From Octopus sinensis (Eukaryota): 64,000 nt of DNA. Below are positions 25,234 to 37,200 of the stretch, one piece after another (within the stretch, counting starts at the first letter, position 1; every line of letters begins with the position of its first letter). The stretch is taken from positions 134,416,001 through 134,480,000 of the forward strand of contig NC_043000.1 in the NCBI RefSeq assembly GCF_006345805.1. Reading direction: 5' to 3'. A program made the translations under genes and the position numbers. Under the pieces are notes generated by a model that made no database searches, was not told where the DNA came from, and was given only the letters and a program-made list of their open reading frames with translations.

Positions 25234-25677
25234 CACACACACAATGGGTTTTTCTACAGTTTTAAATTCCATTCACAAGGCCAATAGGTGCAGACATGGC
25301 TGTGTGGTTAAGAACCCTGCTCCCTAACCATGTGATCTTGTGTTTAGTCCCATTGTACAGCACCTTTGGAAAATGGTTTCTCCTATAGCCCCAAGTAGAC
25401 CAAGTGAATGGATTTGGTAGACAGAGACTGAAAGAAACCTGTCGTGTTGTGTGTGTGTGTGTGTGCATGTGTGTTTAGTGGCGATCACATTCATGTCCCA
25501 GATAAATAAAACTCCAGCAGCTTTGGAAGTTCAAATAAAATCAGGGACTAAAGGACCTTACTTGAAAATCAAGTGGGGCTGAGTACCTAGAAGAGCATCT
25601 AGCTGTAGAACACAGTCTCAACAATTCTTGTCCAATCCATAGCAGCATAGAAAAAGTAGACATGAAAACAACAATAC

Positions 25678-26100
25678 GTGTGAGTGAGTGAGTGAGTGAA
25701 TGAGTGAGTGAGTGAGTGAATGAGTGAGTGAATGAGTGAGAGAATGAGTGAGTGAGTGAGTGAGAGAATGAGTGAGTGAGTGAGTGAGTGAGTGAGTGAG
25801 TGAGGAGTGAGTGAGGAGTGAGTGAGTGAGTGAGTGAGTGAATGAGTGAGTGAGTGAGTGATTGAGTGAGTGAGTGAGCGAGCGAGTGAATGGGTGAGTG
25901 AGTGAGTGAGTAAGTGAGTGAGTGAGTGAGTGAGTGAGTGAGTGAGTGAGTGAGCGATTGAGTGAGTGAGTGAGTGAGTGAGTGAGTGAGTGAGTGAGTG
26001 AGTGAGTGAGTGAGTGAGTGAGTGAGTGAGTGAGTGAGTGAGGTGAGTGAGTGAGTGGGTGAGTGAGTGAGTGAGTGAGTGGGTGAGTGAGTGAGTGAGT

Positions 26101-26135
<35 letters not shown>
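25678..26135. repeat. (GAGT)n tetranucleotide tract of about 430 bp followed by (GA)n
   Basis: Directly visible. Confidence 0.98.
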
Positions 26136-26137
<2 letters not shown>

Positions 26138-26595
26138 GAATTTGATATAATTTTGCCAGGTAACCAAAATATTTTGGTAAGAGCCAGAGATGTACTTCTC
26201 TCTAAGACCATTAGGGAAGTAAATAAAATATAATTGCAACAATTAAGGGATTAAGATTGTTTTACAGAGAAAAATATTATCCTATTTTAAACATCCTATT
26301 CAAAAGATACAGATGTTTGTCAACCAACAAACTAATTGGCAGATGATATTTGCCCAGAGTACCACACTGTGGTCATCACACCTTTTCTACTCTACCACTA
26401 CTACATCTGCCTCTGCTCCACCAAACTATCTGCATACTCACTCCTCAACCTTGTGCCTCATCTCACAGATACTACATTTAACATATTTCTTTTTTATCCT
26501 TCCTTCTCTCAACAGTACTCCACAAATTCTTTTCTTGTCACATTTTCTTTTTCTTCCCTCTCCTTCTCTTTCTCTCATTTTTCTCTCCTTTTTCT

Positions 26596-27187
26596 TTCTT
26601 ATTTCTTTATTGCCCACAAGGGGTTAAACATAGAGGGGACAAACAAGGACAGACAAAGGGATTAAGTCGATTACATCGACCTCAGTGTGTAACTGGTACT
26701 TAATTTATCGACCCCGAAAAGATGAAAGGCAAAGTCGACCTCGGCGCAATTTGAACTCAGAATGTAATGGCAGACAAAATACCCATTTCTTTACTACCCA
26801 CAAGGGGCTAAACACAGAGAGGACAAACAAAGACAGACAAATGGATTAAGTCGATTACATCGACCCCAATGTGTACTTAATTTATCGACCCTAAAAGGAT
26901 GAAAGGCAAAGTCAACCATGGCAGAATTTGAACTCAGAACATAACAGCAGACGAAATACGGCTACGCATTTCGCCCGGCGTGCTAACGTTTCTGCCAGCT
27001 CGCCGCCTTATTACGGATTAAGTCGAATATATCGACCCCAGTGCGTATCTGGTACTTATTTAATTGACCCTGAAAGGATGAAAGGCAAAGTCGACCTTGG
27101 CACAATTTGAACTCAGAATGTAACGGCAGATAAAATACCACTAAGCATTTCGCCTGGCATGCTAACGTTTCTGCCAGCTCACTGCCT
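26596..27187 (-). mobile_element. Tandem trimer of SINE family B
   Basis: Three successive partial or complete units. Confidence 0.88.
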
Positions 27188-27922
27188 TTTCTTCTGTTTC
27201 TTTCTCTCCTCTTTCTCCCCTTCTCTGTTCATGTGTATGAGTATATTTCTCTTTATGCGTATGAGGTGAGGGAAAACATCAATCATTTTCAATAAATAAA
27301 ATGTAATGTTTCTTTCCTCCTCTCACGATTCCTATCTCTATGTGTATATCTATGCAAATGCATGCATGAGTGAGTGTGCCTCTTGCACCAAAATGTGCTG
27401 TCACCAGAACAGGCTGAATGTCCAATCAGCCATGCCAAATTCTTTGCATTCCAACAGTTGTGCTCACTCATTTCATTCCTATGTTCAATCGAGCATCAAC
27501 ATCAATTTCACAATACAGGTGGCTACAAAAGTCATGATCCCTGGTCCGTCTTTGAATAAGTTGTAAATAAAGAAATAAATGAAAATGTATAATATCATGA
27601 CTGAATAAAATTAAGACCACTTCAGCAAAGTAAATTAAAATAATTATGAAAATGAGCTTATTGCATTAATTGCTCAGGTAAATCAGAAATACATTACAGG
27701 TGCACTATTTTATGAGTGAAGAACATGTATTTTAAGATTTGTAAACTACTCATAGAAATTGCTTCTAAGAAGAAGAAAAAAAGATTTCTAGTTCTAGGTG
27801 TGTACTGCATGTTTTAATTTAAGGGTTGTTTTCAACTGAATATACAAAATTAAATAAAATTTTCTTTAAGATTTCAGTCACATTAGACAGAAGTTTTCAG
27901 CAAGCATTTATTTGTTACTTAA

Positions 27923-28135
27923 CCCTTTTGATAACAACCCAACTGAAACCACCTCTGGCTCTGTAGTCTTGTTTTCAAAAATTCTAAAGTAAAACTTCCA
28001 CCAAACCTTAGTCACAATTTATGTTCCTAACACTAACTTAATGATAACTAAGTTATTTTACTAAATTCTTTGTTATATATAAAATCAATAGAAAGAAATA
28101 CAAAACATCTCAACAGAAATATGGTGACAAAAAGG
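27923..28135. mobile_element. piggyBac-like MITE, family P1 (opposite orientation)
   Basis: Reverse complement of P1; right end degraded. Confidence 0.75.
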
Positions 28136-28645
28136 TAAAGGGCTGTTTTTCCACTGTACATACAAAATTAAATAAAGGATACTTTACAGTTTTCTTTAAG
28201 TTTTCAGTCACATCAGACAGAAGTTTTCAGCAAGCATTTATTTGTTACTTAAAAGTGTTTGTATTTAGACATCATTATCATTCTCAGTACTCTGAAACCA
28301 TTTAAATGCTATGTTCATGATTGTTTGTATAAACATGTAATTTTGTACAAGAACTCAGATGTATTCTTTCCAGAACTGGAATCTTCCTCTTGAAAATAGA
28401 CTATGTCCTGAAACTCTGAGTAGCTATACAATAAGACAATGGTCAAATCAACAACCATGTGGCATGCATAGCATTTTTCACTACATGAAATGCAATGAAC
28501 CAATGAAGAAGCCTTAATGTAGTCATTTCGCTTCATAAAGATACCAGCCAAATCTACCTAAAAATTGTACATTACTGTCTTTTGAAAATGGTATACTGAA
28601 CAATGTAATCTTAGATAGTACAAAATAATAAATAAATATAGGATA

Positions 28646-28899
28646 TTCTGTTGTGTCAGGGGAGAGTAATTTTTTTTTTTGTGCCTTACAATTGTAACAC
28701 ACTCACTGGTAAAATTTCTACTTATTTCTTATTTTTATTTTCCTAAAATTTTCATTGGCGTCTTGCAACCTTTTCAATAATCTTGACTCTCAGGAAAATT
28801 TTAGGAAAATAAAAATAAGAAATAAGTGGAAATTTTACCGGTGAGTGTGTTACATTATAAGGCACAAAAAGAAAATGACTCTCCCCAGACACAACAGAA
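28646..28899. mobile_element. Palindromic MITE with long TIRs (about 100 bp), TA flanks
   Basis: TTCTGTTGTGTCAGGGGAGAGT...GTGTGTTAC / ACTCTCCCCAGACACAACAGAA. Confidence 0.8.
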
Positions 28900-29402
28900 T
28901 ATGCTTCAACACACGAACTCAAATAAAGAATCTTGCAAACCAAATCCAAAAACGAAATAAAATATAGGACAGTCATAGTCGAAACATATAGAGCTAAATC
29001 AAAAGTAAAAAATCTGAAATGCAACTGCAATTTATCATCATCATTTAATGTCTGTTTTCCATGCTGGCATGGGTTGGATGGTTTGACAGGAGCTGGCAAG
29101 CCAGAGGGCTGCACCAGGACCCAATCATCTGCTTGGCATAATTTCTAAGACTGGATACCCTTCCTAATGCCAACCACTTTACATAGAGTACTGGGTACTT
29201 TGTATGTGTCACTGGCATGAGTGCCTTTTATGCGATGCCAGCATGGGTAGTTTTTATGTGGAACCAACACAGCTGTTCTTTACAAGGGACTGGTACAGGT
29301 ACCTTCTTATATGATGCCAGCACAGGTGCTTTTTACACGGAATAGACAGGGATGCTTTTTACATGGCACTAGTATGGGTGCTTTTTATGCTAATTTGCTT
29401 AA

Positions 29403-29622
29403 CCCTTTAGCATTTAAACCGGCCATATCTGGCCCAAATTTTCTACTGCTTTTATGTTCAAACCATCTAGATCTGGCCTCTCACACAAGCCCTACTATAT
29501 CATTCTAAAAATGAAGAGTTACTTCATCAAATTCTCAGAACTACAAGATAATGCAGGATTAATTCAAAACAATGTGAATGAAAAAGCATTATATTTTACA
29601 AAGTAATCTGAACACTAAAGGG
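29403..29622. mobile_element. piggyBac-like MITE, family P2
   Basis: TTAA-CCCTTTAG...CTAAAGGG-TTAA. Confidence 0.85.
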
Positions 29623-32618
29623 TTAAACCAGTTGTTGTAATCATTTCATATTTCACCCAAAATTGCAGATGAATCAATGAAGAGCAAAAGTATTCTGAGG
29701 TGAAGATGGTCCAATATATGGTCTTTATAAAGTGTGCATATTCTACATCACCAAGTAAGAATCTGCATAGACTATACTGTTTGATCCAACCAGTCTCAAA
29801 GTCATTTCCATAGAAACATACCCTTTTATTTATTTATTTATCTATCTTTTTTATTTTTGTTGCCTGGAAGGAAGGTCTGTGCCTATGGCCTTTGCAGGCT
29901 CTCCAAGATCAGCAAGATTACATGCAAGGAAGGAATTCCATAATGCTAATATTCAGACGAGGAAGGGCTGGACCAAGTAGTTGGTATGAAGATTGGAGGG
30001 GAGAGATAGATACACACTACGAATGACAAGGGGATGAGAAACAATTGAGCCAGGGGTGCTTGAATGGAGATAATATGGGACCAGTGAATTTCAAGGATCA
30101 GAAGCCAACATAGCAGCAGTAGAAAAGGTTGTTTTTTTTTTGTACATTGCGTATATCTAAGATTACATTGTTCAGTATACCATTTTCTAAAGACAGTAAT
30201 GTACAATTTTTTGGTAGATTTGACTGGTATCTTTATTTAGCCAAATGACTACATTGAGGCTTTTCATTGGTTCATTGCATTTCATGTAGTGAAAAATGCT
30301 ATGCATGCCACATGGTTGTTCATTTGATCATTGTCTTATATAGCTACTCAGAGTTTCAGGACATAGTCTATTCTCAAGAGGAAGATTCCAGTTCTGAAAA
30401 GAATACATCTGAGAGAGGAAACAGTTAACTTGTGAACCAAAGGTTGGAGCGTGTTGATGGACAAGTACATTCCAATCAGTCAAGTTGTGTTACTAAATAT
30501 AAGTAGAGTCTTTGGAGAAGTGATTTAGCCCCAAAGACAAAGACAAGCTATACTAATTATTGGCTGCTCTGAAAAGCTATTTGAGGAGCTTCTGAGATTA
30601 GGTGTCAGACAGAAAACCAAGAAGTAATAATTTAAAATCTCAAACAAACAGCTACTAAGAGTTCTGTGTGTATGTAGAAATCATTTTTAATAGTATTCTT
30701 CATGTTTTTATTTCATTATTCTTACTCACTGAACTATAAAGTGTTTTGTTGTGCTTGTTCCCCACCCCCAAAATCAAATTTAATGCCCCTAAAATCACGG
30801 TTATCCTTGCATAAAGGTATGTCCCCTGCATCCTTCTTCAGCTGAGCAATCCTAATCTTCTGGGCTCACGAGTGCTTGTGCCACAAAATAGCACCTGCGC
30901 CAGTGCCATCTAAAAGCACCCATGCTGCTATGTTGGCTTCTAATCCTTGAAATTCACTGGTCCCATATTATCTCCATTCAAGTACCTCTGGCTCAATTGT
31001 CTCTCATAGAAGCATCTAGTACACTGAGTATAGTGGCTGGCATTAGGAAAGGCATCCAGCCATAGAAACCATGTCAAAACAGACATGGAGTCCCTGGTTG
31101 CTCTTCAGCTCACCAGCTCCTATCAAACCGTCCAACCCATGCCAGCATGGAAAATGGACGTTAGATGATGATGATAAAAAAAAAATTACTGCAAATTATA
31201 TTTACAACTCAAAGTGCTCTTTTCAGTTATGCTGTTAAAATACATCATCTTACTAGATAATATACTTAATGAACAGTTTGAAGAAATAGGCTTAACATTA
31301 CCACAGAGTAACAACTGGGGAAGCAAATTCATTTAGAAAGCTTAGATAGACTAATTATAGCTTTTAAGAATAGATCTTTTTCAGAGAATGAATATCCCCC
31401 CCCCTTCTTCCTTGTCAAATTAGAAAATGAATTTTAATATAATATTTAATCAACCTTCACCACCAAAGAAATAAGGTATATACTGACACTGAAGTAAATG
31501 AAAACTAAAAGAAGACGGGAACGGAAGATAAAGTTATTTTAGAGAAAGCTTTACTAATTTTTATTAAATTATTTCTAAAAGCTTTCAATGAGCATGGCAT
31601 TATTTGAAAGAAAATGTACAATTAAAATTAACAGCATTCTAGTCAGAAATCAAGATTCATTATCTTAGAAATGTTTAAAGAAGGCACGATTTAATACTAG
31701 TTGTGATTCTTAGAGCCGAGTGTTGTGGAGATAGACAGAAGAAACTAGCCAAGGTGGATAATAATTTTTCTTTGTAATGAATGCAAATTTTTTGAAAATG
31801 AATTCGTCAGCTCTTAGAATATAAATCAAGTTATAAGGAACTGATCGGTATATACATAACAGATAATAATATAATGACAGTGAACGTATAATGTAGAATT
31901 TTTTTTAATGTTTGAAATTGTGAGTACGAGTATAACACGATTCATGGGAGATAATCCTGTAAAAATGTCCTTTGTAAGGTGTTACTCATGTAGTAGTGAT
32001 AGTAAAGTAAAACAATGAACGATATTTATCCATAGTCACTTTCTCGGTTATAATATATTATTTTTTTTAATTATAGATATAATATGGATATTACACAATA
32101 TTGATAAAACTGTCTGAAATCTATAAATATCAAGGTGTCAGCATTCATTTACATTTACAAATCAAGGAAGAAAAAAATATTTTGGTTTTTTAAGTTCATT
32201 CATAAAACAAGAGTTATCTCCTCTTCGTATTTAAAACCGCTAGCGCGAGCAGACAGCGTTCTGCGAACGACGGTGAGGTCGATAAATTAAGTACCAGTTA
32301 CGCACTGGGGTCGATGTAATCGGCTTAGTACCTATGTCTGTCCTTGTTTGTCCCCTCTATGTTTAGCCCCTTGTGGGTAATAAAGAAGTAGGTATTTCTA
32401 CACGCACGTTCAGAGTTCAAATCCCGCCAGGGATCAACTTTAAACCTCCCGGAGTTTCTCGAGACGGAAGGTTTTATTTCTCCAAGAGCAGATAAAATAA
32501 AATACCAGTCAAGTAATTAAGTCGATGGTTTCAACTAACCAACCCCTCTCAAAACTGCAGACTTATGCCTAAATCACATAAGTATTTTTCAATGATTGTA
32601 CAATAAACAATATAACGC

Positions 32619-32937
32619 CCACAAAGTTGTCAACCACCTCACCAATAACAACACTGAACACCTTTTTGATCTCCATGTGTCTAACACACGTGGACATGCC
32701 TACAAAGTCAGAAAACAGCACAGCTACCATGACTTTCGGAAACATTTTTTCACGCTCAGAGTTGCTGAAGCATGGAATAAACTGCCTGCGTCAGTTGTTG
32801 ACTGCCATGACACTGCATCCTTTAAGGCTCTCATGCTTTCCGAAATCCGCCGAAACTACACCTGATTATATATACACTTTAGATGAGTTGTAGTGCACCT
32901 GAGCACTGTACACAATGTTTATTATTATTATTATTAT
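32619..32937 (+). mobile_element. 3' end of the same CR1 family
   Basis: Near-identical to the reverse complement of 34610-34915, including 3' UTR and (ATT)n tail. Confidence 0.95.
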
Positions 32938-33286
32938 GTATATTTTCAAATGAATGAAAATACACATATATACACAAACAACACCATCTGGGTTTTATGG
33001 TTTGTTTTTATGAAGCAAAATGAAAATCAACATTACCGAATTTCCACGTTATTTTAAAATGGAAAAGAGCGATTGGACTTTGCCGAATTCTAACTAAGCT
33101 GCCTTATTCTTATTCCTTGTTGGTTATATATATATATATTCCTTTAGTATTAACTGTCGGATCGGATAAAAGAGTATTCAATACTATAGGCAAGATTAAC
33201 AATATTTTATTTTAGTCGAGTCAGTCTCTGAGTTTCACCTGTAAATGCACAGGATCTTCAGGCAAGTTGCAACTGTCACAACTTAC

Positions 33287-33388
33287 CTGGAGACGCTGCG
33301 CACTCACATGTGGAATCCAGAGTGGCAAGCGACTGGCCGCTACGTACATACGTATTTTCTTTTTACCACTGCTTCGGTCTACGGTCAT
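33287..33388 (-). CDS. Candidate alternative first exon (34 codons, MTVDRSSGKKKIRMYVAASRLPLWIPHVSAQRLQ) inside the PDZ-GEF intron
   Basis: ATG at 33388, open frame to a consensus donor CAG|gtaagt at 33287/33286. A second in-frame donor CAT|gtgagt lies 21 nt upstream. No good acceptor upstream. Unique, CpG-rich context. No homology recognised. Confidence 0.35.
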
Positions 33389-33661
33389 ATTGAGGCAGCC
33401 TCAAAGGCTTTTTGTTTTTTAATCAATAAAATCGAATTCAGTACCTATTTTGTCGGTTTGTTTCCCCAGTCCCCACGCTGCTACGTTAAAGGAGCGTAAA
33501 TAAACCTACACCGGTTATCAAGTAGAGAGAGAGGAAAACAAACGTCGCGCGCACACCCCAGTTTCTGTCTACCCGACTCATTCACAAGACATAGGTCAGC
33601 CATCCCGCTCAAAGTACTGCATAGTGGAACTGAACCTGAAACCGTGCGGTTGCTAACCAGA

Positions 33662-33729
<68 letters not shown>

Positions 33730-34392
33730 AAGGATAAATTTAATTATTTATCTATGTATTAGATATTTACATTTTTTAATTCCTTCAGAAGTCAAGAGGT
33801 CGTTGTCTCCCCTGGCACCAACCAAGACGATTGGGAAGCGCGCGCGATTGTGTGTGTGTGTGAGAGAGAAAGAGAGAGAATTAACGCCCAGCAGCTTTTT
33901 TGATAATAGACCTGAAATTCTATGAAAATAGATCTCAATTTCTACCAATCAACAGTGAGAATGCAATCTATTAAATTAGATAAACCATAAACAACAGCTC
34001 GGCTTTCTTATATCTATCTTATTATATTTCAAGAATTCAAATTGGTCTGCTAAATTGAAAAACGTAAAATCAATTTTCTTTCATTCCAGAACAAATCAGA
34101 AGCTTAGCAACAAATTAATTTCTACATAAAACATAAACTAGGTAAAGAAAATCCGCCTCAATCACCATCTGTAGTGGAAATGCAACATAGAATATTTCGA
34201 AAAGTGTCTCTACATAAGTTTCTGTAGGTAAATTCAAAAAGTTTTTTGACATGATGTGAAGTATTTTTGATTGAGAGACAAGTGGTGTTTTGGTGATAAG
34301 TTTGACATCTAGCATAATCTTGAATGCAATTTTACGAATTTACAATGGTGCTCCTCACTATTATAATTATTCACATGCGAGAAGTGTGTGTG

Positions 34393-34482
<90 letters not shown>

Positions 34483-34598
34483 ATGTATGTATGTATGCAC
34501 ACACACACATACTTTTTATTAAAGCAGCAAAATTATTCCAGAACTGTTACTCAAGAGTTTCACGTTCTTGTTCGTCAGACAGTTGTGATAAATAATGT

Positions 34599-35431
34599 AA
34601 TAATAATAATAATAATTGTGTACAGTGCTCAGGTGCACTACAACTCATCTAAAGTGTATATATAATCAGGTGTAGTTTCGGCGGATTTCGGAAAGCATGA
34701 GGGCCTTAAAGGATGCAGTGTCATGGCAGTCAACAACTGACGCAGGCAGTTTATTCCATGCTTCAGCAACTCTGAGCGTGAAAAAATGTTTCCGAAAGTC
34801 ATGGTAGCTGTGCTGTTTTCTGACTTTGTAGGCATGTCCACATGTGTTAGACACATGGAGATCAAAAGGGTGTTCAGTGTTGTTGGTGAGGTGGCCGATA
34901 ACTTTGTGGGTGTTCACCAAGTCCGTCGCCAGACGCCGGAGCTTCAGTGAATCCATGCCCAGGGAAACAAGGTGCTCAGAATATGGTAGGTGTCTGATGG
35001 AGGGTATGCGTTTGGTTGCACGTCTCTGGACAGATTCCAGGAGGCCAATGTTCTGAGCAAGATAGGTGTTCCAAACTGATGATGCGAATTCCAAGTGTGG
35101 TCGTACCATAGCTGTATACAGTTTTAAATAGATGGCTGGAGAGCGGCTAACAAAAGTCTTGCTGAGTGATGCCAAGACACCCTCGGCCTTCTTGACAATT
35201 TTAGAGATATGCTTTGTCCAACGCAAATCACAACTGACAGTGATGCCTAGGTCACGCTCGCAAGAGGGTTTCTTGATATCAGTGTTGTAGAGGGAGTATG
35301 TGGACGCAGGGCTTTTCCTCCCAAAATGCATGGTGGTACACTTGTCCACAGCCAGTTTCAGTTGCCAGTCTGTGATCCATTGCTGCATTGTGTCCAGGTC
35401 TGATTGCAGGAAAGAGTTGTAGACATCAGGA
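34599..35431 (-). mobile_element. Young 5'-truncated CR1-clade LINE (RT C-terminus intact)
   Basis: 240-aa uninterrupted ORF with ERDLG, LYTAMVRPHLEFASSVW, LESVQRRAT, RKHFFTLRVAEAWNKLP; short 3' UTR and (ATT)n tail. Confidence 0.95.
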
Positions 35432-35798
35432 TCATACTATATTGCCAGTACCCGAGGTCATTGCCAGTACCCGAGGTCATTGCCAGTACCGCCTGACTGG
35501 CCCCCGTTCCGATGGCACGTAAAAAGCACCCACTACACTCTTGGAGTGGTTGGCGTTAGGAAGGGCATCCAGCTGTAGAAACTCTGCCAGATCAAGATTG
35601 GAGCCTGGTGCAGCCATCTGGTTCGTCAGCCCTCAGTCAAAAACGTCCAACCCATGCTAGCATGGAAAACGGACGTTAAATGATGATGATGATGATATAT
35701 GCATATATATAAATATATATACATATATATAAATATATATTGTTGGTAAATAATAAATCCGAAAAAGAAGTACACTAAGTAATACAGCAGTATAGTAT

Positions 35799-36021
35799 AT
35801 AAAATTAGATATGGCCATTCTATGTGGTTACCCTGAGTTTCACGTCCATAAATTGCTTAGCCTTACAGCGTATCACCAGACGCTAAACCTGTTGGTTTAA
35901 GCATCTCTCACTACAGAGGCCATAGGCCAACAGGTGTAGGGTCTGATAATATGCTGTAAAGCTAAGTGCTTTATGCATGTGAAACCCAAGGTAACCACAA
36001 GGTAACCATATCTAACTTTAT
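35799..36021. repeat. Long imperfect palindrome (probable foldback MITE)
   Basis: Arms of about 95 bp; 15 mismatches over the inner 74 bp by hand; loop about 25 nt. Confidence 0.8.
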
Positions 36022-36027
36022 CTATCT

Positions 36028-36072
<45 letters not shown>

Positions 36073-36299
36073 ATATTATATATATCATCAGCATCATCAT
36101 TTAATGTCCGTTGTCCATGCTGGCATGGGTTGGACAATATATAATGTACATATATATTCTAAACTCTCACACGTGTCTGATGAATGGTTACATGAAACTC
36201 AAAGTAACAGTTTGTGAAGTTTTGTCCGCTTCAATAATATAGTATTTTACTCTTTGATATTCAAGAAAACTTTTTCTCTACCTTGTTTTACACTAGTAT

Positions 36300-37200
36300 G
36301 CTTAACAAAATCTGTAACAGAACTAAAAAAGAAATTCCAAATGTGGATGCAAAACCTGGAAGCAAATGGCCTTAAAGTAAACTTAGCAAAAATGAAAGAT
36401 CTAGTAAGCAAGAAAACAGACAGGACTCTACCCACTTCAGGTCAATGGTCCTGCTCAATATGTAGGAGAGGTGTAGGCAGGAATTCAATTCCAGTGCAAA
36501 ATATGGACATAAAATAGGTGCAGCGGAAGAGAGAAGTGCTTGTAGGTGGATGATGTACAGCAGCCATAAAGTCTGCAGATATACAGGAAAGTTGATTTTC
36601 TCAAATGCCCCAAATGCTCTCTGGAGATAATGGATCATTTCTGCTACCTAGATGACCTAATTAGCAGTGGAGGAGATGCACCAAGAGCCTAATTGCTAGA
36701 ATAAGAACAGGACAGAGAAAGTTCACAGAGCTTTTACCTGTTGGCAACCAAAATCTCTCTCTCTCTCTCCAAGTAAAAGGAAGGTTATATGATGCATGTG
36801 TATGAACAGCAATGCTACAAAGTAGTGAGACATGGGCCGTAAATGCAGAAGGCATGTGAAGACAAGAAAGGGATGAAGCCAGTATGCTCTGCTGGAGGTG
36901 CTATGTCAGTGTACATGTGTGACATAGTGCTAATGTATTGAGAGAAAAGTTAGGCAGAAGAGGAATTAGATGCAATGTACAAGTGAGAAGACTGTGTTGG
37001 TTTGGTCGTGTGATGTGCATGGATGAGAACAGTTGCATAAAGAAGTGCTGATCATTTAAAGTGGATAGAACTTGTGGAAGAGGATGACCCAGGAAGACAT
37101 GGGATGAGGTAATGATAGCTGATCCTCAAGACATTGAGCCTTATTAAGGAGATGACAAAGAACTGAGATATCCGACACCTCACTGTACTCAAGAAAACCT
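36300..37200 (+). mobile_element. Decayed RTE ORF2 3' portion
   Basis: WMQNLEANGLKVNLAK, WSCSICRRGVGRNSI and a CYLGD-like motif, then a C/T-rich region to about 37800. Confidence 0.8.

Noticed and set aside
25541-26242. 233-aa and 197-aa THSL-repeat ORFs
   Set aside because: Pure (ACTC)n tract.
28315-28551. 78-aa Cys-containing ORF in the duplicated block
   Set aside because: The inverted copy at 30154-30413 has indels that break the frame; no recognisable domain.
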